From: Candidatus Aminicenantales bacterium | Lineage (GTDB): Bacteria; Acidobacteriota; Aminicenantia; Aminicenantales; UBA4085 | NCBI GenBank assembly: GCA_049515535.1 | Contig: JBEKTZ010000007.1 | Coordinates: 62,001-126,000, forward strand | Reading direction: 5' to 3' | DNA: 64,000 nucleotides | Notes under the pieces: model-generated | The model's input: the letters and a program-made list of their open reading frames with translations, nothing else | Databases searched by the model: none | What the model was told of the DNA's origin: nothing | In this document: piece by piece, positions 12,173 to 19,256 of the stretch | Numbering within the stretch: the stretch's first letter is position 1 | Layout: every line of letters begins with the position of its first letter | Made by a program: the position numbers and the translations under genes

Positions 12173-13204
12173 ATGAACAAAAGAGCGCTCGTCCCCCTGG
12201 CGGCCATTTTTTTTCTCGTCGGCTTGAGCGTCGGAAGCCAAACCTCTTCGAACAGCCAGAATCCTCCGAAAGCGAGTCCGGCCAAACAGGAGGAGCTCAA
12301 GGTCTGGAAAGTCCCCAACGTCTCCGAGGGCGCGGAATGCTATTTTTCGCCCGACGGCAAGTCGCTGATCTTCAACGGGAAGATGGGCGACGATAAAAAC
12401 CATCAGGTCTACACGGTCAACATCGACGGCACGAATTTGAGACGGATCAACGACAAGGGCTCGGACGCCTGTTCCTATTTCCATCCCAACGGAAAAAGCC
12501 TGATTTGGACGTCCACCCGGGACAACCTCGACCTTCCGGAAGGGAATTATTCCGATCCGAGAAATTATCCTCAGGGCGCGGAGCTGTATATCTCCGATCT
12601 CGAGGGCAAGAACGTCGTCCGCTTGACCACCAACAAGAATTACGATGCCGAGGTCACCTACGCTCCCGACGGGCACAAGATCGTCTTCGGCCGGCAAATC
12701 AACGGCATGATGGATTTGTGGACCATGGATCCCGATGGGAAGAATCAGAAACAGATCACCTTCACGCCCGATTGGCAGGAGGGCGGCTCCGTCTATCTCC
12801 CGGACAACAAAACGATTATCACCCGGGCCTGGAAAAAATCCGAGGAGAATTTGGCGGTGAAGTCCATGCATCTCTTCCTGCTGAACGAAGACGGATCGAA
12901 CCTGAGACAAATCACTTTCGAGGAAGGCACGCAATGGGCTCCTTATCCCGCGCCCGACGGCGTCCACGCCGTATTCGTCAAAGTCCTACCTCCCCGCAAT
13001 TTCGAGATTTTTCTCCTGAACCTGAAGACGGGCGAAGAAAAGCGTCTGACCACCAATGACGCCTTCGACGGGTTTCCTTCCATCTCCCCCGACGGCAAGT
13101 TGATGGCTTTCTCGTCGAGCCGGGGGGCGAAGCCCGGCGAAAGGACCCTGAGCCTTTATTTAATGGACATCTCTTCCCTGTCATTAAGTAAAAAAGCGAA
13201 CTGA
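12173..13204 (+). CDS. Secreted TolB-like beta-propeller (PD40 repeats)
   Basis: Signal peptide; repeats FSPDGK, YAPDG, FPSISPDGK. Confidence 0.85.
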   Translation: MNKRALVPLAAIFFLVGLSVGSQTSSNSQNPPKASPAKQEELKVWKVPNVSEGAECYFSPDGKSLIFNGKMGDDKNHQVYTVNIDGTNLRRINDKGSDACSYFHPNGKSLIWTSTRDNLDLPEGNYSDPRNYPQGAELYISDLEGKNVVRLTTNKNYDAEVTYAPDGHKIVFGRQINGMMDLWTMDPDGKNQKQITFTPDWQEGGSVYLPDNKTIITRAWKKSEENLAVKSMHLFLLNEDGSNLRQITFEEGTQWAPYPAPDGVHAVFVKVLPPRNFEIFLLNLKTGEEKRLTTNDAFDGFPSISPDGKLMAFSSSRGAKPGERTLSLYLMDISSLSLSKKAN

Positions 13205-13229
13205 ATTCAAGAGCCTTTTCACCTCGTGC

Positions 13230-13292
13230 TCAGGAGGATCGTCGGCAGCCGCTTTTGCAGTGGCTGACGCGGGGAACCAGATAGCGCTTCAT
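13230..13292 (-). CDS. Candidate 20-aa small protein MKRYLVPRVSHCKSGCRRSS
   Basis: Strong SD (AAAGGAG) 6 nt before ATG; upstream TTGACA-17nt-TATTGT promoter. Too short for the ORF track. Confidence 0.45.
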   Translation of the reverse strand: MKRYLVPRVSHCKSGCRRSS

Positions 13293-13375
13293 GGCCGGCT
13301 CCTTTCATAAAATCTATAGGAATACTCTACAATACAATCGGCGCCGCGACTTGTCAAATAAATATCCGGCCTTCC

Positions 13376-14503
13376 TCAATGTTTTTTGACCTTATCAAAA
13401 AACCAGTTCCACAGCTTCTTGTGGAATTCCAGGCTCGGGGAGTGGGACCGGAGAAAGCCGTTCACAGTGAAGACATCTTTGTCCTGGGGCGTGAACTTGT
13501 ATTTCGACTCCGTATCCCAGAGCATCGGGAATTCCGGATGGAACTGGACGCCGAGGACATTGGGGAACTTCGCGTGTTCGATGGATTCGACGACTTTGCC
13601 GTCGAGGGACGTGGCCGCGATTTTGAAGTCCTTCCCGATCTTGCCGGCCGCCTGGTGATGGGCGCTCATGATGTACGGCTGGTCCGTCGGCTTGAAGCCG
13701 AGCGCCGCGCAGAGCTTGCCCGCATCCACGAGCTTGATGAGATGGAGCATATGAGGCAGCAGCTTCTTGTCGGTGGGATCCAGCTTCCGCCACGGATTGG
13801 TGTGCCAGTTGGGCTGGCCGAGCGCCGTGATGTCCTCGACGAACGTCTTGCCGTAGATTTCCGACCAAATGTCCTGGACCAGGGTCCCTCCCGTCCCGAC
13901 GTTCAGGCTCTGGCAGCCCAGGCAGATGCCGAGGACGGGAAAATTCGGACGTTTTTCGAGGAATCCCAAAGCCGCCTCGTTTTGCGAGCCGCCGAGGAGA
14001 TGGAAGATGAACGACAGCTCCAGGTAATGGCGATAAGGATCTTCGATGGCCGTGAGCAGGCTCGTCTTCTGGCCGTAGGCCGCGGGGAGGATATCCGGCC
14101 CGCCGAAAAAGATCATCCCGTCGGATTTGGCGAAGATCTCCTCGAATTCCTTGGAGGCAGCGTTCGTTTTGTAGATGTCGTTCAATCCGAGCAGGGCGGA
14201 AACCGCATGGAACTTGATCCAGTCGATCTTGTTGTCCAGGACATATTTATAGGCGTTCTTGTAATTTGTCACTTCCTTGGCGTGATGAACGCCCACGATT
14301 TCGAAACCGGCGGGCAAGAGCCCCTGTTTTCTCAGCTCGGCCAGCGCCTTGATCGTTCCGACCGACGGATAAAAGACCGTCAAGCGCGTCCCGGCGTGCG
14401 GCTCGACCGCCGTATCGAAAAATCGGGGCGGCGCCTGGGCCGAGGCCGCCGCGACGAAACCCAACAGGAGAGCGAGAATCACCAGGGTCTTCTTCAATGG
14501 CAT
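13376..14503 (-). CDS. Secreted class I glutamine amidotransferase-like hydrolase (peptidase C26 / gamma-glutamyl hydrolase family)
   Basis: GGPDI, LGICLGCQ, S.HHQ, VQFHPE triad; signal peptide (AAASA-QA); SD AGGAG before ATG at 14503. Confidence 0.85.
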   Translation of the reverse strand: MPLKKTLVILALLLGFVAAASAQAPPRFFDTAVEPHAGTRLTVFYPSVGTIKALAELRKQGLLPAGFEIVGVHHAKEVTNYKNAYKYVLDNKIDWIKFHAVSALLGLNDIYKTNAASKEFEEIFAKSDGMIFFGGPDILPAAYGQKTSLLTAIEDPYRHYLELSFIFHLLGGSQNEAALGFLEKRPNFPVLGICLGCQSLNVGTGGTLVQDIWSEIYGKTFVEDITALGQPNWHTNPWRKLDPTDKKLLPHMLHLIKLVDAGKLCAALGFKPTDQPYIMSAHHQAAGKIGKDFKIAATSLDGKVVESIEHAKFPNVLGVQFHPEFPMLWDTESKYKFTPQDKDVFTVNGFLRSHSPSLEFHKKLWNWFFDKVKKH

Positions 14504-14573
14504 CGGATACTCCTTTCTATCTTTCGCCGCCAAATGCGCGCGGCGCGCCGCACCGGCCGGGTCCGCCCTTCCG

Positions 14574-15551
14574 CTATTTCGCCAGCGAGCCGACCGCGCG
14601 GGCGACGATCGCCGTCAGCAAATCGACTTTGTAGCCGTTTTCCGCCAGCGGCCGGGCCGCGGCGGCGGCTTTGGCCGCGCCTTTGCGCGCCGCCGCTTCC
14701 GAGAGGCCTTTTCCTTTCAGCGCTTCTTCCGCGACGGTCAGCCTCCAGGGGACGGGCGCGACGCCCCCGCAGACGATCCGGATGTCCTCGATCGTCGAAC
14801 CCGACAGAACGGCTTTGACCGCCGCCGAAACCACGGCAAAATCCCAAGACCCGCGCTCGATGAATTTCACGTAGACGCTCTTCGCCTTCTTCTCGGCGAG
14901 CGGGATGCGGATTTCCTTCAGAATGTCCTGTCCGCTCAGGAGATTTTCTCTCCTGACGTTGACGATGGGAGGCGTGTAGAATGCGGCCAGGGACATGGTC
15001 CGCTCGCCCTGGGGCGAGGCGATCACCGCTTTCGCGTCAAGGGCGATGAACGCCGGGGCCAGGTCCGACGGAAAGACCGAATAACAGATACCGCCGGCGA
15101 AAATGGCGTGGTATTTGTTGCGACCGTTCGCGGCGTAGCACCGGCTTCCGCCCTTCTTGGTGCAGATGACCCGGGCGTCCCGGTAGTACCAGCAGCGCGG
15201 ACGCTGGCAGAGGTTGCCGCCGACCGTTCCCATGTTCCGCAGCTGGGGCGAGCCCACGGACTTGGCCGCTTCATGAAGAACGCGGTAATCCTGCCGGACG
15301 GTCGCGTCGTCGGCAAGCTCGGCCACGGTCGTCAGGGCGCCGACGGCGACGGCGTCCTTCTCCTTTCTTATGTAAGCGAGGCCGGGAATGGCCTTGAGAT
15401 CGATCACGACATCGGGCTCGATCAGCCCTTCCTTGATCTCGCCCAGGAGGTCCGTTCCTCCGGCCATGAGGCAGGCGCTCGGGCTTCCCTTGGCCAGAAA
15501 AGAGGTCGCTTGGCCGAGCGAGATGGGTGTTCCGTATTGAAAGTTCTTCAC
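14574..15551 (-). CDS. Xanthine dehydrogenase-family FAD subunit (PaoB/YagS-like, with Cys-rich 4Fe-4S insert)
   Basis: AGGTDL, RNMGTVGGNLCQRPRCWYYR...C.KKGG..C, PSDLAP. Confidence 0.9.
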   Translation of the reverse strand: MKNFQYGTPISLGQATSFLAKGSPSACLMAGGTDLLGEIKEGLIEPDVVIDLKAIPGLAYIRKEKDAVAVGALTTVAELADDATVRQDYRVLHEAAKSVGSPQLRNMGTVGGNLCQRPRCWYYRDARVICTKKGGSRCYAANGRNKYHAIFAGGICYSVFPSDLAPAFIALDAKAVIASPQGERTMSLAAFYTPPIVNVRRENLLSGQDILKEIRIPLAEKKAKSVYVKFIERGSWDFAVVSAAVKAVLSGSTIEDIRIVCGGVAPVPWRLTVAEEALKGKGLSEAAARKGAAKAAAAARPLAENGYKVDLLTAIVARAVGSLAK

Positions 15552-17809
15552 GGCCTGGCCTCCTTCCGCTTGAGGGCCGCCAGGACTCTGGCGGGCGTCA
15601 TGGGGATCTCGCGGATGTGAACGCCGATGGCGTTGTGCACGGCGTTGGCGATCGCGGCCGAGGACGGGATCCGGGGCGGCTCGCCCAGTCCTTTGGTTCC
15701 GAGGTTGTTCAAGCGGTCGTCCACGACATCAGCGAAGAGCGGAACGATTTCCGGGATGTCCAGGGCCGTGGCGATCTTGTAATCGTGGAAATTGGGATTG
15801 ACCATATTGCCCGTCTCCGGGTCCATGATCTTCTCCTCGAAGAGCGCCGCGCTCAATCCCTGGGTGACGCCGCCGATGACCTGGCTTTCCGCGGTCTGAC
15901 GATTGATGACCCGGCCGATGTCGTGGGCCGCGACGACTTTCTTGACCTTGATTTTCCCGGTCTCCGTGTCCACTTCGACCTCGGCGAAGTGGGCGCCGAA
16001 GGTCTGGTAAGCGAAGCCCGCGGGGATGTCCGAGCGTTCGCCGTGAAAAGGCGTGGGCCGGGGCAAGCTCCGGGCGATCTCCTTGAACTCGATCGCCTTG
16101 GAAGGATCGGATTTCAGGACGAGCTTCTTGTTTTCGAGGACGATGTCGGCCGGAGCGGCGTTGAGTTTTTTGGCGGCGAGCCCTTTGAGATATTCCGCCG
16201 CTTTGAGCGCCGCGTCGCGGACGGCCGGGGCGACGGACGGCGTCGTCGTGCTGCCGCCCGATTGGGGCGCCCATGGATAATCGGAGTCGCCGATTTTGAC
16301 CGATATGTCCTGCGGCTCGAGGCCGAGCGTGTCTGCGGCGACGACCGCGATATGCGTCCGCGTCCCGGTGCCGATGTCCTGCGTCCCGCATTCGACCTCG
16401 ACGCTCCCGTCGGAGTAAATCCTGAGATCGGCGAGCGTGCCCGGCGCGCCCGTGCCGGGCCAGATCTGGCTGGCCATGCCGATGCCCGTTTTGATTTTTC
16501 CGCCTCCGGCGCCGGGCTTTTTATTCCGCCTCCCCCAACCGATCATTTCCGCTCCGAGGCTGTAACAGAGCTCGAGCCCTTTCGTCGAATAGGGGTTTCC
16601 TGTGTCGCCTTTCTCTTTGCCGGAATAGTTCTTGCGTCGAAGCTCGAGGGGATCCATTCCCAGCTTCGCGGCCAGCTCCTCCATGAGCCCTTCGAGTCCG
16701 AAGGTCCCCTGCGTGTGTCCGGGAGCGCGGGTCGCGCGCGAGCCGCACGTGTTGACGAAGATCGAGTACTCCTCGACCTTGACGTTCGGGCATTTATAAA
16801 CGTCCGTCGTCGGCTCGGCGCAGCGGTCTCCCCGGCCGATCCCTCCGCAGTTGTTGCTCTTGAAATGCAGGGCGGTCAGGGTGCCGTCCTTTTTGACGCC
16901 CGCCTTGATGGTCATTTGGGCCGACGGCCGGTAGCCCACGCAATAGGAGTTCTCGCGGCGGGTCAAGACGATTTTCACCGGCCGGCCGGTTTCGCGGGCC
17001 AGCCGGGCCGCGACGATCGTGAAGTCGTTGACCCCGAGCTTGCTGCCGAAACCGCCGCCCATATAGTGCTTGATGACCCGGACGCGGCCGGCCGGGATGC
17101 CGAGCGAGCGGGCCAGCCCGTCGCGAACGGAATTCACTCCCTGGGTTGAATCCCAGACCGTCAAAAAATCCCCGTCCCATTGGGCGATGCTGCCGTGGGT
17201 CTCCGCGGGCTGGTGGACTTCCCAGCTCGTTTTATACGTTTGCTCGAAGACGAGATCGGCCTCCTTGAATCCCTTTTCGACGTCGCCGCGATTGTATTCG
17301 TTGGACTTCTGGACGTTGCCCTGGTCCTGGACGAGCGGCGCTCCCGGCTCCTGCGCTTTCCCTTCTCCGACGACGTGGGGCAGGACCTTATATTCGACCT
17401 TGATGAGCGCCAGGGCTTCCTCGGCCCGCCTCTCGTCCGTGGCCGCGACGGCGGCGATCTGTTCGCCGGCCCATTTGACGCGCCCCTCCTTGAGCTTGAG
17501 GACGGCCTTGACGCCCGGATAACCCAAAGCCTCGCTGACATCGATCGCCTCGAGGTCGGCGCAGGCGTAGGGACAGCGCAAGATCTTGCCGTAGAGCATG
17601 TCCTCGAAACGAAGATCGTGCGTGTATTCGGCGGCGCCGGTGACGATCTTTTTCCCGTCGAGACGCGGCGTGTATTGTCCGATGCGCTTGAATTCGGCGG
17701 CGGGCCGCGGCGCGGGCTTGGACTGCGGCGGCGCGGTCCGGTCGGCGGGGGTTCCGGTCCAGGCCATGTATTCGCGATAGGGATCTTCGATCGGATGTTC
17801 TTTTTTCAT
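15548..17809 (-). CDS. Xanthine dehydrogenase-family molybdopterin-binding subunit
   Basis: GGGFGSK, RAPG, QDIGTG, SGGS, KGLGEP. Confidence 0.93.
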   Translation of the reverse strand: MKKEHPIEDPYREYMAWTGTPADRTAPPQSKPAPRPAAEFKRIGQYTPRLDGKKIVTGAAEYTHDLRFEDMLYGKILRCPYACADLEAIDVSEALGYPGVKAVLKLKEGRVKWAGEQIAAVAATDERRAEEALALIKVEYKVLPHVVGEGKAQEPGAPLVQDQGNVQKSNEYNRGDVEKGFKEADLVFEQTYKTSWEVHQPAETHGSIAQWDGDFLTVWDSTQGVNSVRDGLARSLGIPAGRVRVIKHYMGGGFGSKLGVNDFTIVAARLARETGRPVKIVLTRRENSYCVGYRPSAQMTIKAGVKKDGTLTALHFKSNNCGGIGRGDRCAEPTTDVYKCPNVKVEEYSIFVNTCGSRATRAPGHTQGTFGLEGLMEELAAKLGMDPLELRRKNYSGKEKGDTGNPYSTKGLELCYSLGAEMIGWGRRNKKPGAGGGKIKTGIGMASQIWPGTGAPGTLADLRIYSDGSVEVECGTQDIGTGTRTHIAVVAADTLGLEPQDISVKIGDSDYPWAPQSGGSTTTPSVAPAVRDAALKAAEYLKGLAAKKLNAAPADIVLENKKLVLKSDPSKAIEFKEIARSLPRPTPFHGERSDIPAGFAYQTFGAHFAEVEVDTETGKIKVKKVVAAHDIGRVINRQTAESQVIGGVTQGLSAALFEEKIMDPETGNMVNPNFHDYKIATALDIPEIVPLFADVVDDRLNNLGTKGLGEPPRIPSSAAIANAVHNAIGVHIREIPMTPARVLAALKRKEARP

Positions 17810-17810
17810 G

Positions 17811-18437
17811 TCAGCTCTTCTTCATCGCCTCGGCGGCCGCGCCGACGGCCTCGTAGATCTTCTGGTAGTTGCCGCAACGGCAGAGATTGCCGGCCAGGCC
17901 AGCTTTGATCTCGTCGGAGGACGGCTGCCCGTTTTTGGCCAGGAGGGCCACCGAGGCCATGATGAAGCCGGGCGTGCAGAACCCGCATTGGTAGCCGTCC
18001 TTGTCGATGAACGCCTGTTGAACCGGATGGAGCTTTTCCCCGACGGCCAGCCCTTCGATGGTCAGGATGTCCGCGCCGTCGGCCCGCAAGGCGAGCATAT
18101 GGCAGGAATAAACCGGCTTTCCATCGACGAGCACCGTGCAGCCGCCGCATTCGCCGCGGTTGCAGACGCGCTTGGTTCCGGTCAACTTCAGCCGGTCGCG
18201 GAGGACCTGGAGGAGGGTCTCGTCGGCCCGCACGTCTAGGCTCGTCTTTTTTCCGTTCACGGTGAGCGAGATCCGCTTTGCGGAGAAGATGTCCATCTCG
18301 CCCGGGACGGATTGAACGGCCGGACAGTCTTTTCCCAGGACGCGCGAAACGACGCCGGCGCCGACCGCCCCTCCGCCCATGGTCTGGAGGAAGGCCCGGC
18401 GCGAGACGATTTTTTTCTTCTTCCGGCCGTTGTCCAT
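17811..18437 (-). CDS. 2Fe-2S subunit with twin-arginine signal (PaoA/YagT-like)
   Basis: SRRAFLQ Tat motif; C.RGECGGCTV, QCGFCTPG, NLCRCG. Confidence 0.9.
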   Translation of the reverse strand: MDNGRKKKKIVSRRAFLQTMGGGAVGAGVVSRVLGKDCPAVQSVPGEMDIFSAKRISLTVNGKKTSLDVRADETLLQVLRDRLKLTGTKRVCNRGECGGCTVLVDGKPVYSCHMLALRADGADILTIEGLAVGEKLHPVQQAFIDKDGYQCGFCTPGFIMASVALLAKNGQPSSDEIKAGLAGNLCRCGNYQKIYEAVGAAAEAMKKS

Positions 18438-18448
18438 GCGCTTCCTCC

Positions 18449-19108
18449 TCAGACTAGGCGGATGAGCGCCTGGACGGCAAGACACAGCGCCGCCGCGGCC
18501 GAAGGAATGAGCCAGCGCCGGCGGGCCGGGACGATGTTCCCTTCGACCGCCTCAGTTTTCGCGGCGATGAGAAATCCCAGTGGCACGGTGATCAAAGACA
18601 CCGCGACGGCGAGAGGCGCATAATAAAGCGAAAGCGGCATGGCCCCGCCCGGAACGACGCAGGCGGGGATTCCCGTCGCGAATTTCACGAGCGGGAAGAG
18701 ATTCACGGCGAGGAGCGCCGACATCCCGCCCAGAAACGCTTGTCCCGCGGTTTTTCGTTTCCACGCGTCGGCCAGAAAGGAGACGATGATGAGAAGCGCG
18801 AAACCCTCTGTAACGAAGGCGAACATCGGGTTGGCGATAGCCCCGTGCTTGATGGGGAGTCCCAAAAGCAGGGCGTCAAAAAGCTTGAAGGCCAGGGCCA
18901 TGGCCACGACGAGCGCGGGGCCGGCGACCCGGCGCGTCCGGGCCCAGGCCGCCGAAACGAAAAGAAGGGCGACCCCGGTCATGATCGAGCCGGAGGCGAG
19001 CCTGGCGCAGCTTTCAAGGGCCAGGCCGCAGGCGGCTTCGGTCAGCCCCCAGATAGACCCGATAACGACGAGGAAACCCAGATCGGATGCGGAAATTTTT
19101 CGCGACAT
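18449..19108 (-). CDS. Integral membrane protein, possibly ECF S-component-like
   Basis: About 6 hydrophobic helices; GSIWGLTE...G motif; SD AGGAG upstream. Confidence 0.6.
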   Translation of the reverse strand: MSRKISASDLGFLVVIGSIWGLTEAACGLALESCARLASGSIMTGVALLFVSAAWARTRRVAGPALVVAMALAFKLFDALLLGLPIKHGAIANPMFAFVTEGFALLIIVSFLADAWKRKTAGQAFLGGMSALLAVNLFPLVKFATGIPACVVPGGAMPLSLYYAPLAVAVSLITVPLGFLIAAKTEAVEGNIVPARRRWLIPSAAAALCLAVQALIRLV

Positions 19109-19135
19109 GGTTATCTCCTTTTGCCGGGATTCGGC

Positions 19136-19247
19136 TTTATACGTTCGCGGCGCAAAACCCCAATTTTTAAATTGGGGCTAAAAGCGCCGCTCAGTATCAA
19201 CCCTGAGCATACCCCGGGCTTCAGCCTGGGGAGTCGAATGGGTTGAT
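19136..19247 (+). mobile_element. Cloverleaf non-autonomous element, copy A
   Basis: TTTAT-[102 bp]-TTGAT; homologous to the copies at 34895, 36992 and 54004. Confidence 0.8.
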
Positions 19248-19256
19248 TCTTGAAAA

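Noticed and set aside
12978..13292. Selenocysteine read-through of the small ORF's TGA
   Set aside because: Read-through would run antisense into the TolB-like gene; no convincing SECIS or selenoprotein motif.
19136..19247. Cloverleaf element as a tRNA or CRISPR repeat
   Set aside because: No T-loop/D-loop consensus, 7-nt anticodon loop or CCA; copies are dispersed over 35 kb with no spacer periodicity and no cas genes.
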